A stretch of 64,000 bases of DNA from positions 16,598 through 80,597 of the IMG/VR virus record IMGVR_UViG_3300017911_001490; one strand, written 5' to 3'. The first letter of the stretch is position 1. Each line of letters starts with the position of its first letter. Origin of the DNA: a virus (Duplodnaviria; Caudoviricetes). The notes under the pieces were generated by a model. The model did not search any database. It was not told the origin of the DNA and saw only the letters and a list, made by a program, of their open reading frames with translations. Shown here in pieces: positions 8,529 through 16,462 of the stretch. The position numbers were made by a program, and so were the translations under genes.

Positions 8529-9350
8529 CTATCGTCCTTTCACTGTGTACTCGGGTATGTCTGCGATGTCCCAACCAACAGCACCGGACGCACCCTGTTG
8601 CACATCGAAGTGTGGTGTGGGTAGTAGTGACATCAGTTGCCCATCCCACTTGTCAGGTAATCCCTGAGTGAGTGGTCCAGGATATGTTGTCCATACCTCA
8701 TCATCATCGCCCTCATTTTCACCGGGACCGACGATCAACCAGGCACCATACTCATCATCTTTTGTACACTCAGACACAGCTATGCTGTCTATGTTATCCG
8801 AGGTGATCTCATACTTACCTGTCTTGACCGAAGGCATCACGAGAATGTTATGAAGATCAATGCACTTCTGAAGATCACGATAATGCACAAACGGTGTTGT
8901 CCATTTGCTAGTCTTATTAATCTCACTCACTGTAGCAGGCATCCGTTGCATCCATTGACGCAAGGTCAGTATGTTCTGACTAGCGTATGGAAACACAGCA
9001 GATAACTGCTTCGCAGTCACTGCATAGTATGTGCAGTCAGGACGCATAGCTTTGTTCAGCTCGTCATCCTGTCTACGAGAGTTAACCTCCCTCCAAGGAA
9101 GAATAGCAAACCCATTAAGCGGTAGCCTCTTAGCCTCACCACTGATTAAGGGAACGAATGTATCTATGTCGCTCAACTGAGCCTCACCCTCATGCTCGAT
9201 ACTGCCCCACACTGAGCCACCTATACGCTCTTCAGATAGTATCTTGGCACGCTTGGGCTGTTGCCTGGCGGTGGTAAAGAACGCTTGTTGCACTCGTTGA
9301 TTTACCCACACAGCGGGCAAATGCTTAGTATTTAAGTATCCTTCTTCCAT
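8529..9350 (-). CDS. Hypothetical protein
   Basis: 273 aa ORF; no motif recognised. Confidence 0.75.
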   Translation of the reverse strand: MEEGYLNTKHLPAVWVNQRVQQAFFTTARQQPKRAKILSEERIGGSVWGSIEHEGEAQLSDIDTFVPLISGEAKRLPLNGFAILPWREVNSRRQDDELNKAMRPDCTYYAVTAKQLSAVFPYASQNILTLRQWMQRMPATVSEINKTSKWTTPFVHYRDLQKCIDLHNILVMPSVKTGKYEITSDNIDSIAVSECTKDDEYGAWLIVGPGENEGDDDEVWTTYPGPLTQGLPDKWDGQLMSLLPTPHFDVQQGASGAVGWDIADIPEYTVKGR

Positions 9351-9352
9351 GA

Positions 9353-9982
9353 TTAGTTCCTCTGTGCTTGGGCAATCTTAGCCTTGTATTGATCTATTGA
9401 TCTCTGAACTAGCGTGACGATTGCGTTGTAGTCCTCTGGGTGGAGATAGTTGTTAAACTTCTTGTTGCTTGGTCGGCACATAAGGTGCAACTCCTCGAAC
9501 GGAACAAACTTCATGTCAGTGATTGCCGGATCACGCTTAGCCGAGAAGTCGATCTTGTCCAAGTCTTTGCATAACCCCAAGTAGTAGGTGAACTTCCTCT
9601 CGGGACCAAACCAACCGAGCTTGACGGTACCTGGCTCCCCATCAGGGCGACAACCGAATGTAGGGCGCGTAATAGTCGTGCTTAAAGGCACATACTCATC
9701 CTTAGAGGACAAGTCTTTATCCTTTGCATACACGAAGCGATGCTTAGGCATACCCACATTGGTAATCGTAGATAATCTTTCTCCTCCCTTAAGGACGGAG
9801 TTGTAACCAGTCTCCTCTCGCAGTTCACGCGAAGCAGTTTTAATAGGATTACCACCATCCACTTCCTCCATGCGTCCCTTTGGTGGACACCATGTTCTTC
9901 CATGCTGTTGTACAAGTAGGACGCGGGTTGGGTCTGTTGGCACCATACCGAAACTTGGTAAGGGTTTATGATTAAGGGTCAT
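9353..9982 (-). CDS. NUDIX hydrolase
   Basis: W-x-PPKGRMEEVDGGNPIKTASRELREETGY matches the Nudix box; ATG at 9982 preferred over GTG at 10018. Confidence 0.85.
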   Translation of the reverse strand: MTLNHKPLPSFGMVPTDPTRVLLVQQHGRTWCPPKGRMEEVDGGNPIKTASRELREETGYNSVLKGGERLSTITNVGMPKHRFVYAKDKDLSSKDEYVPLSTTITRPTFGCRPDGEPGTVKLGWFGPERKFTYYLGLCKDLDKIDFSAKRDPAITDMKFVPFEELHLMCRPSNKKFNNYLHPEDYNAIVTLVQRSIDQYKAKIAQAQRN

Positions 9983-10011
9983 ATATTTCTTCCTAACATT
10001 TATAAGGTTAA

Positions 10012-10033
10012 GTAACACGTAAAATCGTGTTAC
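10012..10033. promoter_or_regulatory. Palindromic operator-like site GTAACAC-gtaaaatc-GTGTTAC
   Basis: Perfect 7-bp inverted repeat with 8-bp spacer between the 10030..10425 and NUDIX genes; same motif recurs at 9 other gene starts. Confidence 0.7.
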
Positions 10034-10425
10034 AAGATAGACACACCTGCATGAGCAAGTGCATCAGCCATGCCGTTGTTAAAACGACGATCCACACCAC
10101 GACCTGCACCGGGAACTCCCTTTGGTGTGGCCCTAAACTCCGCTTTCTTGCCACGACCCGTGACAGAAAACTCGAAGTGTTTATTGAACCATGCACCGAC
10201 TTCACGACGGAAGTCAGCATCGTACCGCTTTTTGCGCAGATACTCTGTACCGGCATGCTTGCCGTATTTACTACGACCCTCGCTTGACGCCAGGAACATA
10301 GACACCGTCTCATCAGACGGATAGCATTTCCCATTGGCATACGTAAAACCTATGCCTAACTTCTGCTGCGCACTGGATTGTGATGGGAAGCGCAACACTC
10401 TCCCACTTTTTGATTTTATACTCAT
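10030..10425 (-). CDS. Hypothetical basic protein
   Basis: 131 aa ORF with A-rich upstream region. Confidence 0.7.
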   Translation of the reverse strand: MSIKSKSGRVLRFPSQSSAQQKLGIGFTYANGKCYPSDETVSMFLASSEGRSKYGKHAGTEYLRKKRYDADFRREVGAWFNKHFEFSVTGRGKKAEFRATPKGVPGAGRGVDRRFNNGMADALAHAGVSIL

Positions 10426-10537
10426 TGTATTTGTATTTGTGGTTTGTAAGTAGCACTACAGGGCGACATAGGTGTCACCACAGCACTACTTGGTGAAATA
10501 TATCGGAGGTTAAGAGTATCCGCGGGAGCAAACATCA

Positions 10538-10783
10538 TCATCCTCCATGCCTAGTAGGCGATATACGAGCTAAACAAGTCCCATAGTTCTGTCTCCTGGT
10601 CAGATTAATGACACGCTTGGAGATCTTGAACACCTCACGTTCGGTCTTACCCGACGCAACAGAGACCCATTGAGAGCCCGCAGCTTCGTCCAATGCATCT
10701 TCCTGCTTTTGTCGTACTTCAGTAGGAGTACTGAGTATGTCAGCAGGAGACGCACTGGGTAGATTGTTGATTGTATTATCCAT
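10538..10783 (-). CDS. Possible small hypothetical protein (MDNTINNLP...)
   Basis: Internal ATG of the 10538..10840 ORF, downstream of the terminator. Confidence 0.4.
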   Translation of the reverse strand: MDNTINNLPSASPADILSTPTEVRQKQEDALDEAAGSQWVSVASGKTEREVFKISKRVINLTRRQNYGTCLARISPTRHGG

Positions 10784-10840
10784 AAAGAGTGAGCCGCTTC
10801 GATAGCGCGTGATAGTCACGCATCCTCGACAAGTAGGCAC

Positions 10841-10873
10841 AAAAAAGCCGACCGTTTCCGATCGGCTCTTTTG
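10841..10873 (-). terminator. Rho-independent terminator, possibly bidirectional
   Basis: Minus strand AGCCGATC-GGAAAC-GGTCGGCT followed by a T-run; T-run also on the plus strand. Confidence 0.75.
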
Positions 10874-10876
10874 TAA

Positions 10877-11452
10877 CTACCTGTTACGCTTGCGAGGTAC
10901 TTCTCTCCAAAATGACGATACTCCATTCGGATTGTATATACGATGGTACTTGTTTTCCCGTGTATAATACTCGATCGCATTGTTGATCTTGTTGTTATGT
11001 GACTCAATAAACTTGTCATAATTGATGCAATCCATCGCCGCTTCATAGTTGCCACTCTTAGCGTGTATTACTCGCATCGCATATGTAGGATTCGGATTGC
11101 CACCATATGATTGGTATTTGCCAAACCTAGTTGGAAATGCGATACCACTAATTGTAACTTGACGATTGCAATTGCGTTTATGACCACGTTGTATGATGGT
11201 CCCGCCCCAAGATTGAAAACCTTTTATCTTAACACCATCTTGAAACCATATCGCACGCTCAATGCGTTGAGCCTTGAAGCCTTGACGATTGGGACCATTG
11301 TGCTTGCGAACGCATCTTTGTGCTTCCGAAAACATTTTGGTTGCCGTCAAGCCTAGCTTGCGAGGTTTTAATGATTTGAGATAGCGTTGTTGCCTACGCA
11401 ACTTCTTAGCTTTCCAACGGGGTGAGCCTTTACGGTCTCTTGCTTTACTCAT
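10877..11452 (-). CDS. Hypothetical Lys/Arg-rich protein
   Basis: 191 aa ORF, GAAAGGA upstream, terminator downstream. Confidence 0.7.
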   Translation of the reverse strand: MSKARDRKGSPRWKAKKLRRQQRYLKSLKPRKLGLTATKMFSEAQRCVRKHNGPNRQGFKAQRIERAIWFQDGVKIKGFQSWGGTIIQRGHKRNCNRQVTISGIAFPTRFGKYQSYGGNPNPTYAMRVIHAKSGNYEAAMDCINYDKFIESHNNKINNAIEYYTRENKYHRIYNPNGVSSFWREVPRKRNR

Positions 11453-11528
11453 TGTTTGATCCTTTCGTTACATTGTTGATGGTGAAAGGGGTGGCGACCA
11501 TAGCCTCGCCTAGCATGGGTAAGAGATA

Positions 11529-12311
11529 CTATTCTGCAGATGCGAAAGGTAATGCCTTTACGCCATCATTAGAGATGTAACCTTGATCGATACCATCTTG
11601 AAGCACTCGCCTCATATCAGTAGTGGTAAAGGTAACCTTGCAAGTCACATTGAGCCTGCCTTGATCATCTTTCTCTACCTTTTCCGGCTCGGGAACATCA
11701 TGGAATGTTGTATTCTCATGTCCGGTGATCAATCGCATCACCTTTTGAGCCTGTACATTCTTACGGAAACCTAGCTTCCGTTGCTCAACTTGCCAAGCGA
11801 AGTACTCGCTTAATGTAACGGTCTTGGTAGTGACCTTTTTGCCGTCTCGAATGATCGTAATTGCATTTTCAACTTCAAGAATAGAATCCTTGACCTTGCT
11901 ATGCAACTTGCCATCGCGAGATACAATCTTGTACATTTCAAGTTGAGCGTTGCCATTGCCGTCACCATCTCGCTTCCACTTGCCTGTCTCACAATAGGTG
12001 TCTACACCATCCATGAGACATTGAGTAGCATCTTCGATGGTCTTGCCTGTCAGTTCCCACTTGGAAAGCTTAGATACATCTTTCGTTGCGTTTTGATACG
12101 CAATCAAACGATTGGCATCTTTTGCTTCCTGTTTGCGAGCCTTGGCATCGACTAGTCTCTTAGCGTGGTTGTCAGTGTGTGGAATAATCGCATCATCCCA
12201 CATACCGATTGCGTTGTTGTCTTGCGAAGCATCAATAAACACGGTTGCGTTATTGTCAGCAGTTTCCTCAACTGCATTGCTTGCGTTAGGCTGATCTTTA
12301 TCTTTTGCCAT
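11529..12311 (-). CDS. Hypothetical protein, first gene of the leftward arm
   Basis: 260 aa ORF. Confidence 0.75.
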   Translation of the reverse strand: MAKDKDQPNASNAVEETADNNATVFIDASQDNNAIGMWDDAIIPHTDNHAKRLVDAKARKQEAKDANRLIAYQNATKDVSKLSKWELTGKTIEDATQCLMDGVDTYCETGKWKRDGDGNGNAQLEMYKIVSRDGKLHSKVKDSILEVENAITIIRDGKKVTTKTVTLSEYFAWQVEQRKLGFRKNVQAQKVMRLITGHENTTFHDVPEPEKVEKDDQGRLNVTCKVTFTTTDMRRVLQDGIDQGYISNDGVKALPFASAE

Positions 12312-12937
12312 AAAGTGCCATCAACAATGCGAACCAAACAGAGTTCACATCAATGTAGAGGGTTGCCCCAACTCATTCTTTCGAGTGTCATTCGTCCACT
12401 CTCCCCGAGTCAATATTCATCGCCACATAGTCACCACTTGCGTGTGGTTTCCACTACCAATCGTTCATCGAATAGCGTTCGCCTTGCCACTACTGCACCA
12501 TGTCGCCATGGGAGGGAATGTACCGTCTGCTTTTGCTTTCGTGAGAGATAGTCTGACCTAAAGACCATTGGTCTTGATGCGTCTTGTCTCGCTTCGGACA
12601 CTTTCGGATAGTGTCATCCATGATGGATAAGTAGTGGTCATAAGTTTCAATTAAGACGGATGCCCCGACTACTTAAATGTATTTGTATTTTGTGCGTTTT
12701 CTATAGTTCCTTTCGTTGAGTTAATAATAACAGAGGGGAACGGCGACCCTTTCGCCGAACCCATCCTAGAAAACCTTGCTAATAAACGACTTACGACATA
12801 TCTGTAACACTACACCCATAGTGTAACATACCCCCCTTGGGGGGGACGGGTCTTGGCGTGCGTGCATATATATACCCCGATTCTCTAGTTTCCAGCCCCC
12901 CTGACAAAATCAGGTATCACCACAGGACTACTAGCAG

Positions 12938-12975
12938 TTGACTTTTGCGCATTGTAACACTAAATTTCGTGTTAT
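12938..12975 (+). promoter_or_regulatory. sigma70-like promoter overlapped by operator motif
   Basis: TTGACT-17-TAAATT, ATG 7 nt later; GTAACAC-taaatttc-GTGTTAT at 12954-12975. Confidence 0.7.
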
Positions 12976-13996
12976 GGAAAAGAAGCAAGAGGTCTCAACC
13001 GAGGTTCCGAGTTATTTCATACCTGGTTTAGGTAGTATAATTAGCGGCATAGGCAACTTGGCAACAAATGCAGGTAGTGCCATAGCAAATGGAGCGGGAC
13101 ACCTAGCTAGTGCGGCCTCTCACATACCAGTAGTGGGTAATGTACTACAGGGAGGGATCACTAGCATGGGGAACGGGCTTGGTCAACTGGTGTCAGGTAA
13201 CCTTACTGGTGGCTTAAACAGTATGTACTTAGGTGCAGATAAGCTTTTGGGCGGAGTTTTGCCTGGTGGACAAGCGTTTGGTGCGGGTTATTTGGGAAAT
13301 ATGTATGGCGCGGCAGACCGTGCGTTGGGTGGATACCTTCCAAACATAGGTGGAGTGGGTGCTACTCCTGCACAAATGAGTGGTGCGGCATTAAATGCGG
13401 CAAGTGGTGGAGTACCGGGTGCAATGCCTGTCGCTGGACAGGGTAATGGATTTGGTGGAGTTGCTGTAAATGCTCCAGGAGCAGTACCGGGTGCAGTGCC
13501 TGCAGTGCCTCAGATGAGTAATTGGGATAAGTTGGCAACGGGAATACAGGGTGCGGGTCTACTTGGATCAATATTTTCGGGGAATAAAGGTACGGCACAA
13601 GCGGCAATGATGTATCCTGGTCAATTAGCACCGGGTGCAGGAAGGTCATCAAGTCCGTTAGGTCAGACAATTAAGCAAGATCCTGTTATGCAGGGTGATG
13701 GAGTAGGTGCATCTGCTACGGGTCAGGGCAAGAATAAGACTCCAGGACTAGATTCCGTTGAGGTTGGTGTAAACCCTGCGGCTCCGCCATCAAGTCCCGA
13801 AGAGATGATTACTGAAGAAATTGGTTTAACTTTGGATAAGTACCTAGAGGGAGCAGGAACACCGATGGAAGAAGTGGAAGAGAATAGTCCATTAAGCCCA
13901 AGGAACCGGAAGAAAAGATATACGAACCGAGACGCTAATAAAGCCGCCAGGACACCAAGGACTGTTACTCCAAGACCTAATAGGAGAAGTGGATAG
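12974..13996 (+). CDS. Gly/Ala-rich low-complexity protein, possible virion-internal protein
   Basis: ORF track 12938..13996; ATG at 12974 follows the promoter; glycine-zipper-like helices, acidic then basic tail. Confidence 0.75.
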   Translation: MEKKQEVSTEVPSYFIPGLGSIISGIGNLATNAGSAIANGAGHLASAASHIPVVGNVLQGGITSMGNGLGQLVSGNLTGGLNSMYLGADKLLGGVLPGGQAFGAGYLGNMYGAADRALGGYLPNIGGVGATPAQMSGAALNAASGGVPGAMPVAGQGNGFGGVAVNAPGAVPGAVPAVPQMSNWDKLATGIQGAGLLGSIFSGNKGTAQAAMMYPGQLAPGAGRSSSPLGQTIKQDPVMQGDGVGASATGQGKNKTPGLDSVEVGVNPAAPPSSPEEMITEEIGLTLDKYLEGAGTPMEEVEENSPLSPRNRKKRYTNRDANKAARTPRTVTPRPNRRSG

Positions 13997-14295
13997 TGGG
14001 ATTTAAGAGGTTTAAAGAATTTCTCAGAGTTGCCTTCGGACCGAAGGTTTCTTTCAAAGACTGGCTCGCAATACTCAAGGCGAGCTTTTTGGTATATAGG
14101 AGTCCTTACTCACAGGCAATGTGGCGGGAGAGGATGCGTAAATGCTACAACTGCCCAATATTTGATAAGACCCGCAAGACATGCCGACCATTCGAGGGTT
14201 CGGTTATGGGATGTGGGTGCTACGCACCATATAAGGCATTGGTTAAGGAACATTGCTGGGGGCGTGAAAGATTTGGAGATAATTTCGGATGGTAA
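13996..14295 (+). CDS. Small Cys-rich metal-binding protein
   Basis: R-x-x-x-CYNCP...C...GCGC...K...HCW pattern. Confidence 0.7.
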   Translation: MGFKRFKEFLRVAFGPKVSFKDWLAILKASFLVYRSPYSQAMWRERMRKCYNCPIFDKTRKTCRPFEGSVMGCGCYAPYKALVKEHCWGRERFGDNFGW

Positions 14296-14495
14296 TGAAG
14301 TGGTCAGGACTAAAAGGGGAAGTGAGTGACGGGAAGTACTACGCAACCCTAGAACTAAGCACCGAAAACGGAGAGCCCGAGTGGTTTTGTTTATTCAGTA
14401 AAGACACTGGAGATTGGGCGATTAGAGAATTTTTTGAAGTGGGTAAGCTGGAGCAGGCTTATAAGTGGTGTATAAACCAACTGAAAAGCAAATGA
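14289..14495 (+). CDS. Hypothetical protein
   Basis: 68 aa ORF coupled to neighbours. Confidence 0.6.
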   Translation: MVMKWSGLKGEVSDGKYYATLELSTENGEPEWFCLFSKDTGDWAIREFFEVGKLEQAYKWCINQLKSK

Positions 14496-14674
14496 GCGGA
14501 GAACAAGATAATAGCCTACAGGCTGTCCTTGAGAGTCGTAAGCAGAATATACAGATGGACTTGCAAGTTCTTGAAAACAGTCAGAAACGACTGGAAGATG
14601 AGAAAGCAAGACTCCTTCTTAAACTGATGCACACTCGGGAGAGCTTACTGGCGATCACCGAACAGGATGAGTAA
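14492..14674 (+). CDS. Small coiled-coil protein
   Basis: ATG at 14492 (ATGA overlap); heptad-like Leu pattern. Confidence 0.6.
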   Translation: MSGEQDNSLQAVLESRKQNIQMDLQVLENSQKRLEDEKARLLLKLMHTRESLLAITEQDE

Positions 14675-14921
14675 ACCTGCCTTCGTTGTCCGGGCTGACC
14701 TGGGCAATCTTGGGTGGGTGGTAAAACTATCCCATGAGACCATGGGGGAAGTTCCTGTCGGCCCAAGGCTTGCCAAGGGAACTAGATTCCCAAATGAAAT
14801 TGGCACATTTTTTGAAAATAAATCGGATGCGCTTCGCGCATGTGAGGTATGGGACGAATGGTATTTTAATCAGCCGTATGTAAAGAAACCCAAGAAACAG
14901 AATGCGAAGTATCTTGCATGA
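14667..14921 (+). CDS. Hypothetical protein
   Basis: 84 aa ORF coupled to the previous gene. Confidence 0.65.
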   Translation: MSKPAFVVRADLGNLGWVVKLSHETMGEVPVGPRLAKGTRFPNEIGTFFENKSDALRACEVWDEWYFNQPYVKKPKKQNAKYLA

Positions 14922-14948
14922 TCATGTTACACGAATTAAAATGTTACT
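14914..14948 (+). promoter_or_regulatory. sigma70-like promoter overlapped by operator motif
   Basis: TTGCAT-17-TAAAAT, ATG 6 nt later; GTTACAC-gaattaaa-ATGTTAC at 14926-14947. Confidence 0.65.
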
Positions 14949-15083
14949 ATGCCTAAGAAAGCTAAATCCAAAAAGGATGCCTGTTACCATAAGGTAAAGC
15001 GTTCATATAAGGTATTCCCTAGTGCGTATGCTAGTGGGGCTATAGCTAAGTGTCGTAAGAAAAAAGCAGGGAAGAAGAAGTGA
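14949..15083 (+). CDS. 44 aa Lys-rich microprotein (KKDACYHKVK...PSAYASGA)
   Basis: Translated by hand, below the ORF-track cut-off; motif familiar from aquatic phages. Confidence 0.75.
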   Translation: MPKKAKSKKDACYHKVKRSYKVFPSAYASGAIAKCRKKKAGKKK

Positions 15084-15325
15084 GGGGTACGCAGTATGAT
15101 GATGCTAAACTTATGGATAAGGCTCTTGAGGAGTTTCAGAAAAAGGCTCGGGCAAAGTTCATTGATGGCATCTTTGAGCATAACCCTGACGGTACTAAAG
15201 GAATGTGCCGAATGTCTTTCGAGGATCGTATTAAAAATGCGAAGGAGGAAGTAATAGACCTTTGGTTCTACTTAACATCATTGGAATATGGCAGTAAGAA
15301 AGACAGCAAAGGGAGCGGCTCTTAA
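15080..15325 (+). CDS. Small helical protein, weak MazG/all-alpha NTP-pyrophosphatase-like motif
   Basis: G-x-x-EH...AKEEVIDLWFY; GTGA coupling to previous gene. Confidence 0.5.
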   Translation: MRGTQYDDAKLMDKALEEFQKKARAKFIDGIFEHNPDGTKGMCRMSFEDRIKNAKEEVIDLWFYLTSLEYGSKKDSKGSGS

Positions 15326-15524
15326 GCGTTGGTTTAAGGAGAAGTGGAAGGATCAGGATGGAGATGCCTGTGGTAAGAAGAAGGGGAAGGTAAAGAAATG
15401 CCGACCCACAAAAAGAGTTTCTAAAAAAACACCTAAGACTTGGAAACAAGTCGGAAAAAACAAGAAAAAGCTCGTAGCTGAAAAACGGCGAGTAGGCATG
15501 GGGCGCAGGACAAAAAAGGCATAA
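15288..15524 (+). CDS. Lys-rich small phage protein (LKRWFKEKW...CG...KCRPTKRVSKKTPKT)
   Basis: 78 aa; motif familiar from aquatic phages. Confidence 0.75.
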   Translation: MAVRKTAKGAALKRWFKEKWKDQDGDACGKKKGKVKKCRPTKRVSKKTPKTWKQVGKNKKKLVAEKRRVGMGRRTKKA

Positions 15525-15526
15525 TT

Positions 15527-15652
15527 ATGGCATACGGTAAGAAAACAAAGGCAAAGAAAGCAAAAGTGGCAAAAAAGCCCTTTAAACCATGCAGTAAGTG
15601 CAAGTTCCCGGCTAAGTGTAAAAAGGCTGGTAAATGCTTAGGAAAGAAATGA
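15527..15652 (+). CDS. 41 aa Lys-rich microprotein with four Cys (FKPCSKCKFPAKCKKAGKC)
   Basis: Translated by hand, below the ORF-track cut-off. Confidence 0.7.
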   Translation: MAYGKKTKAKKAKVAKKPFKPCSKCKFPAKCKKAGKCLGKK

Positions 15653-15685
15653 ACTGCGGTTGTACAAAATGTAGAGGAGGCAAAC

Positions 15686-15958
15686 ATGGCAACAAAAAGA
15701 AAGTCAGCAAAGCCAGCAAAAGGAAAACGGTTCGCAAAGGTCGTAAGAAATCCTAAGACTGGCAGGAAGCGTAAAGTATCTTACGGACAAGCAGGTAAAG
15801 CCAAAGGTGGTGGGGATAGGATACGCCCTGGCACCAAGAAGGGTGATGCCTACTGCGCCCGTAGTGCGGGCATAAAAAAGTGCAAGAACCCACCATGTGC
15901 CAATGACCTCTCTCGTAAGAAGTGGAAGTGTCGCGGCAAGAAGTCTATGCGTAAATGA
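15686..15958 (+). CDS. Lys/Arg-rich small phage protein (KVSYGQ...PGTKKGDAYCARS...SRKKWKC)
   Basis: 90 aa; GGAGG upstream; motif familiar from aquatic phages. Confidence 0.8.
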   Translation: MATKRKSAKPAKGKRFAKVVRNPKTGRKRKVSYGQAGKAKGGGDRIRPGTKKGDAYCARSAGIKKCKNPPCANDLSRKKWKCRGKKSMRK

Positions 15959-16278
15959 CCCAACTAGGTGAAGAGTCTACCGCGCGGGTAAATCTGCAGT
16001 TCGCCGCCAAGGTCATAGCCCTGGTCGGAACATGTGTCTGGGGATACAGTGTGGTGTGGAATAAGATCAACGCCATAGAACTGGACATAGAGCGTGTGAA
16101 GCATGAGCTTGAACTTAACTCAGAATTTAGGGTCAAATGGCCTCGAGGTGAATTGGGGTCGTTACCCGATGATGCCGAGCAAAATATGCGCCTTAAATAC
16201 CTAGAGGGTGTAGTAGGGAAAATGGAGGAACAAGTTGACCACCTCAGATACAAGTTTGGATCATCTTCCGGTAATTAA
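15955..16278 (+). CDS. Single-pass membrane protein with coiled coil
   Basis: Hydrophobic AAKVIALVGTCVWGYSVVW then coiled-coil pattern. Confidence 0.65.
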   Translation: MTQLGEESTARVNLQFAAKVIALVGTCVWGYSVVWNKINAIELDIERVKHELELNSEFRVKWPRGELGSLPDDAEQNMRLKYLEGVVGKMEEQVDHLRYKFGSSSGN

Positions 16279-16453
16279 GATTGTCTCCGAGGAGGAGGAG
16301 ATGCATGTAAGGATGAACCTTGAGATGGAGGATTCTACACACGCTACGCTAGTCAAGATGGGTAAGGAAGTAGCCACAGATGAGGACTTTGTGCAAATAG
16401 CCATTACCCATGGGTTAAAGGAATATATTGACCAATCAGAGTCACACGAATAA
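16235..16453 (+). CDS. Small hypothetical protein (start uncertain)
   Basis: 72 aa ORF filling the gap. Confidence 0.5.
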   Translation: MTTSDTSLDHLPVIKIVSEEEEMHVRMNLEMEDSTHATLVKMGKEVATDEDFVQIAITHGLKEYIDQSESHE

Positions 16454-16462
16454 CATAGTAAC
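16428..16462 (+). promoter_or_regulatory. sigma70-like promoter overlapped by operator motif
   Basis: TTGACC-17-TAACAT, ATG 6 nt later; GTCACAC-gaataaca-TAGTAAC at 16441-16462. Confidence 0.65.

Noticed and set aside
10816-11055. ORF overlapping the 10877..11452 gene
   Set aside because: Crosses the terminator and lies within a longer gene; no independent start signal
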